Assembly: GCA_963847445.1 (NCBI GenBank)
Contig: CAWJZV010000007.1
Location: 96,001 to 160,000 of the forward strand
DNA: 64,000 bases
Origin: an uncultured delta proteobacterium
Lineage (GTDB): Bacteria; Desulfobacterota; Binatia; UBA9968
Direction of reading: 5' to 3'
Below the pieces are notes generated by a model that saw nothing but the letters and a program-made list of their open reading frames with translations, was not told the DNA's origin and made no database searches. This document shows, one piece after another, positions 36,005 through 46,845 of this stretch (position 1 is its first letter; the number at the start of each line of letters is the position of its first letter). Made by a program: the position numbers and the translations under genes.

Positions 36005-36200
36005 CTGATAAATGGTAATGATTGCGGATTATGCAGTAGGCTTAGATCTCAACGTTTCCAGAGCCGGGCCGATCTCGACGAATCAGCGGAGAAAACTTTG
36101 CCGTCCTCGGTCTTGCAGAAAGATCTCCCGGCGCGATTGGCCATGACTGATGACTGGTAGGAAACGCCCCGGGGTATTCAATACGCAGCGGCCAGGCCAT
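36005..36200 (-). mobile_element. Decayed RAYT N-terminal stub B
   Basis: MAWPLRIEYPGAF...; nucleotide similarity to stubs A and D; may continue, more decayed, toward 35900. Confidence 0.75.
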
Positions 36201-36302
36201 GCAGTTTTTACCCCTACTCGCGCGTCCGCAACTCGCTGACTTGTGCCGCGAAACCATTTATCTTATCTTTCATGCTTCGATCCGCGTACCACCGACAACT
36301 CC

Positions 36303-37386
36303 ATGGAGTCAGAGATCACAAACTGCGCCAAGCGCGCCGAGCAGTTGAACGGCCACGATCCGCCGCACCGGCATCAATCCCAACTGCTGGTACATGATCG
36401 CCAAGGCATCGGACGTCCGCGAAAAGCCGCTGGGGCGGGAGATTTGGCGCCAACCGGTCGTCCTCTTTAGAACTCGAGACGGCAAACTGCGCGCGTTAGA
36501 GGATCGCTGCGCGCACCGGCTCGTGCGGCTCAGCCACGGGCGCGTCATCGATGACAAGATCGAATGCGCCTATCATGGCTGGCAATTCAACGACGCGGGC
36601 CGGTGCGTTCACGTGCCCCATCTCGCGGCCAAAACCAGCCTGCCCAATTGTCGGGTTAGATCGTTCCCGGTTCTCGAAAAGCACGGCTTCGTATGGATTT
36701 TTCTCGGCGATCCTGAGGTGGCCGCGACCGTCGCGCCGATGCGCATGAGCGAATGGGACGATCTCAACGAAATTCCCAGTTGGGTAAGACTGACCTCGCG
36801 CGCGCATTTTTCCTACCTGATCGAAAACTTGATGGACATGTATCACGGCAGCCTGCACGCCCAGTACCAGGTGTGGACCGCGCAAGCGCTCAAGGAGGTC
36901 GTCGAGGCCGATGATCGAGTGACGGCAATTTATGACGCCACCACGTACTATCGCGTAAAGGATCTCGCCTCGATTTTAGAGCTCTTCATTCCGCCGCTGC
37001 GGAAGCTTCGCTCCGCGCCTTTGACCGTGACCTATGAATATCCTAACTGGAAATCGACGTTGGGCGACGATTTCAAAATCTTCTGTCTGATCCGGCCCGT
37101 GAACGAGCGCTTCACCGACGCCTATCTTATTCACTATACTTCGCTGGCCAAATTTGACGGCTTAAAAAAAGCGCCGCTTGTCGTGCGGCGTCTGATCAAG
37201 CGGCTTCTAACCAACGTGGCAAAGCGGCTGTTGGCCAATCTGGTGCGCCAGGATGTCTTGATGATCGAGGAAGAGCAGCAGGCGTTCGACGCCGACCCGC
37301 TCCTGCAGCCGACTGAAATCAACCGCACCGTCCGCCGCGTTCAACGACTGATTCGTCGCCAAGCCTCCGCCGTGGAATCTCGATAA
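36303..37386 (+). CDS. Rieske non-heme iron oxygenase, frameshift near start
   Basis: DRCAH...CAYHGW Rieske ligands; ENLMDMYHGSLH mononuclear Fe motif. Confidence 0.88.
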
Positions 37387-37417
37387 CTCGGCTCGCGCAT
37401 CCGGGGAATTCACTACC

Positions 37418-38939
37418 GTGCTCAAAGCCTTCCTACAATCGCGCATCAGAAACAAACTTGGCGGCTATAGCGTAACGATCAACGAGGTCGATCGGCGCAA
37501 GCCGGTATCGGTTTCGCCGGCGAAGAAAGTTGCCGTGATCGGCGCGGGCCTGGCCGGTATCGGCGCCGCCTCGGTGCTCGCGGAACGCGGCTTCGAGGTT
37601 ACTCTTTTCGAGCGAAACTCCTACATCGGCGGCAAAGTCGGCTCGTGGGATGTCGCTTTCGCAGACGGCTATGCGACCAAAGTAGATCACGGCTTTCACG
37701 CCTTTTTTCGGCACTACTACAACTTACGCGCCTTCATGGAAAAAATCGGCGCGCACCAGCGCTTCAAGACCATCGACGACTACCTGGTGCTGGCGAGCGA
37801 CGGCCAAAAATATAGTTTCAAGAATGTCGAGACCACGCCGGTGCTCAACATACTGTCGCTCGGGAAAAACAAGTTTTTCCGATTCCGCGATGTCTTGCTC
37901 AATCCGCCCAGCTGGCGAATGGGCGAGTTCTTGGAATACGATGAAGCGAAGACTTTCGCTAAATATGACGGCAATGACGTTCGCAGAATTCGCCAGCGCA
38001 GCTCAACTGCCATCGCCCTTGAGACTGACCTTCAATACCTTCGCGCGCGCCTTCTTCGCGCCCGCAGAAAAGTTGAGCACGGCCGAGCTGATGAAGAGTT
38101 TTCATTTTTTCTATCTCAGCCACGATCATGGTTTGCTCTATGATTACTTCGATACCGATTATCACAGCGCGCTACTCGAACCGATCCTTAGCCATCTACA
38201 GCGCCACCATGTATCGATCCGCTTGAACCACCGGGTCGAGGGGATTGGCCGCGAAAATAATCTGTTGACCGTCGGAGCCGAGCCGTTCGACTACCTCATC
38301 CTTGCCTCGGACGTGACCGGTACAAGCAGCATTTGTCAACATTCTCCCTGGATCGAGGCCGCATCGGCAAAGACTTGGTCGCAGCTGACCTCGTTGCAAG
38401 CTTCCAGCGGTTACGCCGTGTACCGGATCTGGCTAGATCGGCGCACCGGCGACAACTTCCCCGTCTTCATTATCACCGAAAAGCGCGCCGTTCTCGACTC
38501 CGTGACCTTCTACCATCAATTCGATAACAACGCCGCGGACTGGGCGCGCCGTTCCGGCGGCGGCGTCTACGAGCTGCACTGTTACGCGCTGCCCGACGGA
38601 ATTGCCGATGCCGATGTCAAAGCGGCTTTTTGCGCAGAGCTTCATGGCTTTTTTCCCGAGCTTCGCACAGCGACGATGATTCATGAGCATCTGCAGGTCA
38701 GGCGTGATTTCACCGCCTTTTATACCAACCTGCATGAGAACAGGCCCGAGTATCGAACGGCGATCGCCAATCTCTATCTTGCCGGCGATTGGGTAAAAAC
38801 CGGCACACCGGCGATGCTTATGGAAGGCGCCTTTACATCCGGAGTTCTTTGCGCCAACGCGATTCTGGCCCAACACGGTCTTTGCGAAGAGCCCGTGCGC
38901 TCCGTGCCAACGCGCGGGATCTTCGCAAAACTCAACTGA
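37418..38939 (+). CDS. crtU: CrtU-like carotenoid desaturase/aromatic-ring synthase (FAD oxidoreductase), frameshift near 37975
   Basis: GAGLAG, LAERG, HGFHAFFRHYYNL, YELHCYA, LAGDW...LMEGA resemble isorenieratene synthase; lycopene cyclase adjacent. Confidence 0.7.
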
Positions 38940-38940
38940 A

Positions 38941-39619
38941 ATGTCATACACCTATCTTTTCATCAATGTCTTCATTATCGCCATCCCGCTTGCACTGACA
39001 TTTGACAAGCGAACAGCCTACTTCCGCCAGATCCCCGCCGTCGGCTTTGCGACCGGTGTCGTGAGCGCCTGCTATCTGATTTGGGACGTTCTCGTGACCG
39101 CCCGCGGCGAATGGAGCTTTAACGGCAAATATCTGACCGGCGTTCACTTGCTGAACATCCCGCTCGAAGAAGTGCTTTTTTTCATCACCGTGCCTTATAG
39201 CTGCCTGTTCATCTACGAGGTGGTTTTATTTGCGACTACAGACAGATTTTACAAAATGTCGACTCCGGTATTGATCACGGTGATCGTCCTGCTGGCCGCG
39301 GCGAGTTTGGCGCTGCGTGATCAAGGATACACTTCGAAAGCGCTGGCCTCGTGCAGTTTTTTTCTCACCGTCGCCTACTTGGTTGGACCGTCCGCTGCTG
39401 ACCAGCCGCCGTTATTGGACGTGGTTGGCGATCTGTTACATCCCGTTTCTGCTGGTCAATTCAGTGCTGACCGCGCTGCCGGTTGTGGAGTACAATCCTA
39501 CGGCGATATTCGGCCTGCGCGTGTTCACGATTCCCATCGAAGATTTTTTCTACAACTACGCGATGTTGTCCTTCTACCTGCTGTTTTATCGCCGGCGCAG
39601 AAAATCACTAGAGCCATAG
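38941..39619 (+). CDS. Fused heterodimeric-type lycopene cyclase (two domains), frameshifted
   Basis: WDVL...WSFN...IPLEEVLFFITVPY and second domain IPIEDFFY. Confidence 0.85.
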
Positions 39620-39902
39620 CAGGCAAAAACGTTTTTGCCGCGCCGCCGCTGAGCATAGTTTTTCGTTTGTATAGTATTGTCCGGCGCTGATGCGGTCCGC
39701 TGCTGGGTCGCGTCTTGTATAGCGACAAATGGGTTATTGCCAGAGCTGGCGCCGCACTTGGGTCCTCGGACGCCGCCGCCCGGTGCTGCGCCGACTCCCG
39801 CGCGATTGACTTTCGCAACCTGAGGCGAGACATTTTTGCATGTTTCCCGCGCCGGCTACATGTCCATGACAACCGTGCTGTCTTGAAGACTGGAGGTGTT
39901 CA

Positions 39903-40658
39903 ATGCGTAAAGGTCAGCAAATCAGTCGCCGAACCTGGTTGGCCCAGGTTGCCTTGGGCGGTTTCGCGGTATGGAGCGAACTCAATTTCGGCCTCGGGCG
40001 CAGGGGCTGGGGTGTCGCCATCGGCGGGCGCGATCTCGCGATCGGGGTCGCCCACGCGCAGAACCTGGGGCCAGCCGAAACACTGCGGGTGAACTTAGGC
40101 GTCGTCAATGCCTACGTCCTGGTCCGCGGCAAGGAGGCGGCGGTGGTCGATACCGGCACGCCCAACAATGGGTCAAAGATCGCCGACGTAGTTCGCACCG
40201 CCGGCCTGAATTGGGATGCGGTTCACCACGTGATCCTGACCCACTATCATCCCGATCACATAGGCAGTGTTGGAGAAGTTCTGGGGGCGGCCGTCAAGGC
40301 GACGGCCTACGCCGGCGCCGCGGACATCGCGCAGATCAAGTCGCCGCGCCCGCTCAAGGCGGTCGGTGATAACGACGAAGTGTTCGGCCTGCGCATGATC
40401 GCGACCCCCGGTCACACACCGGGTCACCTATGCGTATTCGATCCGGTCGGATCGCTGCTCATCCTCGGCGACGCCATGAACAACATCGGCAATAAGCTCG
40501 GCGGTCCCAATCCCCAGTACACCGCCGACATGGCCCAGGCGCACCAGAGTGTGAAGAAGCTGGCGAAACTCACCTTCCAGCGCGCCGTCTTCGGCCACGG
40601 CGATCCGATCGACAAGGGCGCCTCGCAGGCGATCGCCAAGCTGGCCGGCACTCTGTGA
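39903..40658 (+). CDS. MBL-fold metallo-hydrolase with Tat-like leader
   Basis: SRRTWL, THYHPDH, TPGHTPGH, GD, FGHG. Confidence 0.88.
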   Translation: MRKGQQISRRTWLAQVALGGFAVWSELNFGLGRRGWGVAIGGRDLAIGVAHAQNLGPAETLRVNLGVVNAYVLVRGKEAAVVDTGTPNNGSKIADVVRTAGLNWDAVHHVILTHYHPDHIGSVGEVLGAAVKATAYAGAADIAQIKSPRPLKAVGDNDEVFGLRMIATPGHTPGHLCVFDPVGSLLILGDAMNNIGNKLGGPNPQYTADMAQAHQSVKKLAKLTFQRAVFGHGDPIDKGASQAIAKLAGTL

Positions 40659-40724
40659 GAGTTCGCCTAGGTCGAAGTTAGATCGATTAGTCAATTATCG
40701 AAGAGAGCTTCCAACCGGTGGCTT

Positions 40725-41718
40725 TCAAAAACCTTGAAGCGTTCCGTCGGGGGTTCTGACGACATGCTTGAGGGGCGCGCCTGAAAGATAGCGGCGCGTG
40801 TTGTCGCGGATAAGTTCGCTCATCCGCCGCCACAATTGCCGTCCGCCCTGACCGCCGACATGGGGCGTCAGCAGCACGTTGGGGAGATCCCACAGCGGGC
40901 TCGCTGCGGGCAACGGTTCCTCGGCGAGAGCGTCTAGTCCGGCCCCCATGATGCGGCCCTCGGCGAGGGCGCGGGCCAGTGCCGCCTCGTCCACTACCTT
41001 GCCGCGGGAGATGTTCACGAGGATTGCCGTCTCCTTCATGAGCGCGATTCTTTCGGCGCTCAGAAATCCCCTGGTGTCGCTGTCCAGCGGCATCGCCACC
41101 ATGACCACATCGGCACTGGGAAGGACCTCGTCTACTTTTTCCCGGGACACCACGCGATCGATCTCCGGCACGGCGGGGGAAGGCGAGCGGGTGACGCAGA
41201 TCACCTCCATATCGAACGCCTTGGCCTTGCGCGCAATGTCCTGGCCGATGTGGCCCATGCCGAGGATCACCATGCGCGCGCCGTCGGGGTCGAGTATGTG
41301 CGAAGACATGCCGTGGCGCGCCCACTCGCGCCGTGCGCGCAGTTGCTCGAACCGGCGAAAGCCGCGCATGACGCCCAGCATCAGAGCCATGGCGTGGCTG
41401 GCTAGCACCCGCTGGCTGACGTCGCCGCTATTGGTGACCCAGACACCGTCAGGCAGCCCCGCCCTCAGTCCGATTTCGACACCGACGGTGGTGAACTGGA
41501 GCCACTTGAGGGCCCGCCCTTTGTCACGCACCAGGCGGGCGAATTCCGCGGTGAAGGCGGAGTTGTAAACATGGAGGATTTCCGCGCCGTCGAGTGCCTT
41601 GGCGAGGGATTCGAGGCTGTCGAGCCTTGGCCACCTCGACCTCGGGGAAGTCGCGCAGGAAGGCTTCGTCCACCACGTCACTGGCGGCGTGCACGAACTG
41701 GGCAATGCGAACTGTCAT
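40725..41718 (-). CDS. D-2-hydroxyacid dehydrogenase, frameshift near 41630
   Basis: GMGHIG, VNISRG, GLD...EPLP...LTPHVGG. Confidence 0.88.
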
Positions 41719-41819
41719 GATGCTCCTCCGTGGCCTCGGCACGCCGGCGTGCCGGTGGTAAATATAAAAGTCGCATACCGTTTATCTTTGACGAGAAAAA
41801 TATCGCGAGCTATCGATAC

Positions 41820-42729
41820 CGGGCCAGACCTTGCAATCCGATTTCCGCCAATATCCTAACGCGACTTCTCGAGCTGTTTGAGCCTGCGACTCACCGTCGC
41901 GTAATGCACTCCCAAATGGCTGGCGATCTCGTGCAACCGGTAGCCATGCTCGCGATACGCCTGCGCGATCCCTGCTTGTTTATTCTTGGCAAAGATCCGA
42001 TCCAAGGTCGGTTTGGCCGCTTTGAGCTGCGCCCGGGGAATCTCCTTTAGTTGCTTGCCTGCCGCCGAGTGCCGCTCGACAAACTTTTCGCTGCCCAAGT
42101 AAATCTGCCCTTTGAGCTCCTGCCATGGCCGTTCTGCCAATCCGTCGCTGACAAATGCTCGATAGCGCTTCTGCGCTGTCCGCCGGTGCTTGCCGAATTG
42201 CCCAAGGACCCAATCTACGCTCAACAACTCCGGCACTTTGGCCCGTCCCGCGGTGGCCCGGTAACTACTCCACTTCCACGCGGCATGCTCGACCCCGCCT
42301 TTGACTCGCGCCGGATTGAGCACGATATAACGGCACAGCTCCAACAGGTAAGACTCCTTCTCAACTAGGATTGCCTTGTATCGTCCTTGCAACAAATGCC
42401 CCACCCGCTTGTGGCGGCGATTGAAACTCTGAGTGTATAGACCGTTGAGCTGGCGCATGCCGATGGCGAGATTGCCGCGCGGCGTCTCGACCAGCAGATG
42501 ATAATGATTGGCCATCAAACAGTAGCCATGGCAGATCCACCCGTAGCGCGAGACCACCTGGGTGAGCGTGTCGAGAAACAACTCTCGGTCAGCGTCGCTG
42601 AAAAAAATCTTCTGGCGGGCGTTGCCGCGGCTGGTCAGATGGTAGACTGCTCCCGCGAATTCCATCCGTAGCGGTCGTGCCATGGCGGGGTAATATCAGT
42701 GCTTATGTGGCAATGCAAGACCTGACCCT
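41820..42729 (-). mobile_element. REP-flanked RAYT unit
   Basis: Inverted REP half-sites GGGCCAGACCTTGCAAT (41821) and ATGTGGCAATGCAAGACCTGACCC (42705-42728) bracket the transposase. Confidence 0.7.
41856..42683 (-). CDS. REP-associated tyrosine transposase (HUH/Y1) with C-terminal HTH
   Basis: MARPLR, YHLTSRGN, YCLMANHYHLL (HUH), RYIVLNP, WKWSSY; intact ORF. Confidence 0.92.
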   Translation of the reverse strand: MARPLRMEFAGAVYHLTSRGNARQKIFFSDADRELFLDTLTQVVSRYGWICHGYCLMANHYHLLVETPRGNLAIGMRQLNGLYTQSFNRRHKRVGHLLQGRYKAILVEKESYLLELCRYIVLNPARVKGGVEHAAWKWSSYRATAGRAKVPELLSVDWVLGQFGKHRRTAQKRYRAFVSDGLAERPWQELKGQIYLGSEKFVERHSAAGKQLKEIPRAQLKAAKPTLDRIFAKNKQAGIAQAYREHGYRLHEIASHLGVHYATVSRRLKQLEKSR

Positions 42730-42769
42730 TTGTTGCGCTATTGCTATTGGTTGACTCTCGGAACTGATT

Positions 42770-43807
42770 TTACCAGCGACGAGTTTCGCCGAGCTTGAAG
42801 ATCCAGGCACGTGACGCATCGATGTTGCGGCGGTGGAAATCGGCTAGTAACCGTTGCGGTGGCTCGTCGAGCGGCTCTTCCGCGAGATCGAAGGTGCCCC
42901 AGTGGATGCCGAGTAGCACGCGGGCGTTGAGGTCGATGAAGGCCTGCACCGCTTCTTCCGGCGTCAGGTGCACAGCTTTCATGATTTCTGGAGGTTGATA
43001 GGCGCCGATGGCGATCGCCGCGATGTCGAACGGACCGAGCCGCTGGCCGGCTTCCTTGAATCCCGCGAAATAACCGGTATCGCCGGAGAAATAAAGTCGT
43101 CGCTCGGGGCTCAACACCGCCCATGACGCCCACAGTCGTTGGTTCGCATCCGACAATGTTCGTTGGGAAAAATGCTGCGCCGGCACGCAGACGAATTTCA
43201 CGGTGCGATATTCGCGCTCCTGCCACCAGTCCATCTCTTCGACCCGGGTCATGCCGTTCTCCGCGAACCACGCCTTGAGACCGAGCGGAACCAAAAAGAG
43301 CGGATCGCGCGCCTCGGCAAGGCGCTTTACGGTGTTGAGGTCCAGATGGTCGTAGTGATCGTGCGAGATCAACACCACATCGATCCGCGGCAAATCTTCG
43401 AATGCCAGCCCGGGAGGGCTTAGACGGCGCGGGCCGCCCCAAGACACCGGACTTGCTCGTTCGCTCCACTGCGGGTCGGTGAGAATATTGACGCCGTTGA
43501 TTTGTACCAACAGGGTCGCAGTGGCCGATCCAGGTAATGCTCGGATTGACACTGCCGGCGCGCAGGAGGCGCCGTCGTTGGCGACGCGCGGCGCGACGAA
43601 GGTCCGCGGTGACATGGAAGTCGCCCACAATCGGCGCACAATGAAACTCCAGCGCGTCCACGTTGAAGGGCGCTGGAAATCCGCATTGGGATTGCGAAAA
43701 CCGTCCACCGCGTGATGCGCGGGTTGTCCGGCGATGGGCTGGTTTGCGACACCCGCACAGGCGATGAACCAGATTACAAAAAAAATTGCACAGTAACCGC
43801 GGCGCAT
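42770..43807 (-). CDS. MBL-fold hydrolase (NAPE-PLD/RomA-like), compensating frameshifts near 43530-43575
   Basis: ILTDP, ISHDHYDHLD, PAQHFS, SGDTGY, IHWGTF. Confidence 0.88.
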   Translation of the reverse strand: MRRGYCAIFFVIWFIACAGVANQPIAGQPAHHAVDGFRNPNADFQRPSTWTRWSFIVRRLWATSMSPRTFVAPRVANDGASCAPAVSIRALPGSATATLLVQINGVNILTDPQWSERASPVSWGGPRRLSPPGLAFEDLPRIDVVLISHDHYDHLDLNTVKRLAEARDPLFLVPLGLKAWFAENGMTRVEEMDWWQEREYRTVKFVCVPAQHFSQRTLSDANQRLWASWAVLSPERRLYFSGDTGYFAGFKEAGQRLGPFDIAAIAIGAYQPPEIMKAVHLTPEEAVQAFIDLNARVLLGIHWGTFDLAEEPLDEPPQRLLADFHRRNIDASRAWIFKLGETRRW

Positions 43808-44236
43808 AGATGCAGCCGGTATTGAAACATTTCTAGTGGGCGAAACGCTAGCCAAAGGAGTGTATGAGCCCGGTTATCCAGCGTCGCTTAACGTTTTAAC
43901 TTAACCCCTACAGGAGCGGAATGCTCCGCACCGACCGGCCGGTTTGGTGCGAAATACCCATCCGGGTATCTGCGCGAGCCGCGCGCTATTGCTTTTCAAG
44001 ACCGTGCAGTATTGAACAGCAAACCCTCCCGAATCAGCGTAGCGTCAAGCAGTTAAATAAAAAATTAATATTGCGCTTGGCGATCTTTGTCGATCTCGGT
44101 CATGAGGAAAGGCGCATTCAAGACAGACAGTTTCACAGAGACATGACCTTATTAACAACGCGGCACGATCGATGCCGCACAACCGCACCAGACAACCGCT
44201 GGCGGTTCGCCTCGGTGCAGGAAAAGGAGCACGGTA

Positions 44237-44914
44237 ATGAGTGGAAAAACTGAACAGATTAAAGAAGCAGCGGGTGCGCTTGCCATTTCGCCAGGAGGAC
44301 CAACGACGCAACGACGACTACGACTTGCGCTGTTGCCGCTCTGCGCGGGAATGTTGTTGGCGGCGGCGTGCACGGGTCCAGCCGGCCCAGCGGGTCCGAC
44401 AGGGATGACGGGAATGACCGGGAGGCAGGGCTCTACCGGCATGACCGGTGTGCAGGGCTCTACTGGCATGACCGGCGTGCAAGGCTCGGCTGGGGTAACC
44501 GGCGTTCAAGGCCCGGCAGGAAACACAGGGGCCCAGGGCGCGCCGGCATTGTCGCCGCAGCCGGGGGTTCGCTGGACGTTGGTGAAGGAGTTTATGTTTG
44601 ACTATGACAGGCCAGACATCCGCTATTCAGAGTCGAGAAAGCCCGCCGAGGTCGCAACCTACATGAGCCAGAATCCGTCCGTGCGGCTCGGCATCGCCGG
44701 CTACACGGATAGGCAGAGCACCGATCAGTACAATCTGCCGCTGAGCCAGCGCCGGGTCGCGACCGTTCGTGACGCGCTGATTCAGGCGGGGGTGTCGGCG
44801 GATCGCATCGAGACCGGCACTTTCGGTACGGATCGGTTCATGTGCAATCCGTCCAGCGAACAGTGCTCGCAGCGCGAGGGGCGAGTCGAAGTGCTGGCGC
44901 GAGCCATCAACTAG
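44237..44914 (+). CDS. OmpA-like lipoprotein with collagen-like Gly-X-Y tract
   Basis: AAAC lipobox, about 19 G-X-Y triplets, FDYD...GYTD...YNLPLSQRR. Confidence 0.85.
   Translation: MSGKTEQIKEAAGALAISPGGPTTQRRLRLALLPLCAGMLLAAACTGPAGPAGPTGMTGMTGRQGSTGMTGVQGSTGMTGVQGSAGVTGVQGPAGNTGAQGAPALSPQPGVRWTLVKEFMFDYDRPDIRYSESRKPAEVATYMSQNPSVRLGIAGYTDRQSTDQYNLPLSQRRVATVRDALIQAGVSADRIETGTFGTDRFMCNPSSEQCSQREGRVEVLARAIN
44425..44505 (+). repeat. 27-bp tandem repeat encoding QGSTGMTGV
   Basis: GCAGGGCTCTACCGGCATGACCGGTGT and two variants in tandem. Confidence 0.8.
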
Positions 44915-44958
44915 CACCCGCGGTCAGGGATCTCCTTCGCGTCCTCGGCAGCGAAGTC

Positions 44959-45013
44959 GGGGCCGGGTCTTGCAATGCGACAACGGATTGGTCGATTGCG
45001 AGACCTGGTCCCC
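44959..45013. repeat. REPIN (inverted REP pair)
   Basis: GGGGCCGGGTCTTGCAATGCGACAA...TTGGTCGATTGCGAGACCTGGTCCCC. Confidence 0.75.
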
Positions 45014-45557
45014 ATGACCCCACTTCGCGTTGTCTTGCGCTCAGATTTCTTCCATCAGATGGATCTCATCGATTTTTTTAAGCGCTCGGCCAACTCGCTT
45101 TTTGCTTCCTGCAATTCGCCTTCCGCATCAACTAATTTCCTATACCATTTGTCCTTGGTCGACTTGGCAGTGCTCAGTTTACGGAGAATCTCAAAAATCT
45201 CGCCCTCCAGTGGCATGAGCAAGAATTGCGGTGACTGATTGCAATCTGACAGACGAAGCAACTCATCGCTCGTTAGCGGGATAGTCGTTCGCCGCGACTG
45301 CTTTTGGCGGGAATACTAACATTGACATGCTGCGGAAGCTGGTGGATAAATCAACCGAAGTAGATTTAATTGTCGGAGCCGTCGCGGCTCACCCGAACGT
45401 TAGCCGTTAATAGCCCATGTCAGCGCTTTTCGAATCATCCGCGCACGTTAAGGCGCAATAGCTTCTCATCACGCAACCAGAGTTTATAACCAAGATCGCC
45501 GAGGAACGGGTAACGTATCAGGCAATGGCCAATCCAACGCGGCAATAGGGGAGCAAT

Positions 45558-45827
45558 ATGGCGCGAGCAACCTACAAGGGCAAACGTGTTGAAGTTGAAA
45601 TTCTCACCGATACCTACAAGATTCGCGGAACGCTGTTTATCCCGTTGGCCGGCGAAGGCGGTTATAGTTCGCGCTTGTCCGACCTACTTAACAAATCAGA
45701 AATTCAGTTCCTCGCGCTGACTAACGTGAAGGCGGAAGCCTTCCCCGATCCTAACGAGAATTGGCAAGCGCCGTTCATTGCCGTCAATAAGAACGTGGTG
45801 ACCATGGTGCGGGAGATTAAGCAGTGA
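45558..45827 (+). CDS. Conserved-looking small beta-rich hypothetical protein
   Basis: GGGGAG RBS; IRGTL...RLSDLLN...FLALT...FIAVNK. Confidence 0.7.
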   Translation: MARATYKGKRVEVEILTDTYKIRGTLFIPLAGEGGYSSRLSDLLNKSEIQFLALTNVKAEAFPDPNENWQAPFIAVNKNVVTMVREIKQ

Positions 45828-46159
45828 TGCCACAGTTGACCGGTTGTCTCTCCCAAAAGGCATAAATCTGAATTGGTCCTTGGACGCACGGCTTATTCTA
45901 GAAGCGTGGAAGCGCGGAAGATTAAAAGTTCCGTAGAGCGCCGAAGTGCGGGCGATATACCAGCGATGCTCAATCTCATGCGGCAACAAATCATGCTCTT
46001 CGCCGATGGACATAAACGCAATTGCTGAAAAGTCCGGCCTGGTACCTGAAGGAGAGTCTTTTGGGTAATTGACTACTCGTCGGTCCGGGGCTAAAGCTCC
46101 CGTCAGTGAAAGAGGGTGTTTAATTTGCCTATCCATGTGCAGCCCGGGATAGATCCATC

Positions 46160-46816
46160 ATGAGAGAGATGAAACGCCACCGGCTACTTATCGTGATAGC
46201 GGCTGGATTGCTGGTCGCGGCAAGCGGGTGCTCTGCCAAGAGAATCGTCAGCCAGTGGAGCAACCCCGACTACGCGAGCGCGCCACCGGTTTTTAGAAAG
46301 ATAATGGTGGTCGGAGCCATTGAACTAGACGCGATCCGGCGCAACTTCGAGGATCGGTTTGTCGCCGAACTGCGCGCGGCCGGCGTCGATGCATTGCCCA
46401 GTTACCGGCTCGTCGCAGACCCTGGAAAAGATATCGAGGGGAGTATCAAAACGGCCGTGCAAAGCGCCGGCGCCGACGGTGTGCTGGTCACTCGGTTAAT
46501 ACGAGTCGAGCAGCGCATCGATGCGAGCCCGGGCTATTATCAGCCCTACTTCGGATTCGGCTATTATCGTTGGTACCATCCGGGGTGGTACGGCGGCGAC
46601 TACTACACGGCGCCAAACTTCTATCAGTATCCGGTTTATTACTCCGAGACCACGCTGTTTAACGCAGCGAAGAATGAGATTGTCTGGACCGGCACGATCC
46701 GCACCATCGACCCGGAGAATGCCAATCAGGCGATTGTAGATTACGTCGCCACGGTTGTCACCGCGCTCAAGAACAATCAATTGTTGCCCGGCACGTCGCC
46801 GCAAGGCGGCTCGTAG
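46160..46816 (+). CDS. Lipoprotein (DUF4136-like)
   Basis: ASGC lipobox, RRNFED, Tyr/Gly-rich segment, IVWTG. Confidence 0.75.
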   Translation: MREMKRHRLLIVIAAGLLVAASGCSAKRIVSQWSNPDYASAPPVFRKIMVVGAIELDAIRRNFEDRFVAELRAAGVDALPSYRLVADPGKDIEGSIKTAVQSAGADGVLVTRLIRVEQRIDASPGYYQPYFGFGYYRWYHPGWYGGDYYTAPNFYQYPVYYSETTLFNAAKNEIVWTGTIRTIDPENANQAIVDYVATVVTALKNNQLLPGTSPQGGS

Positions 46817-46845
46817 GCAGCACTTGTCAGCTAATAGATCTTTCT

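Noticed and set aside
45055-45261. Minus-strand 68-aa helical ORF
   Set aside because: No clear start or RBS and no recognisable family; at most a fragment.
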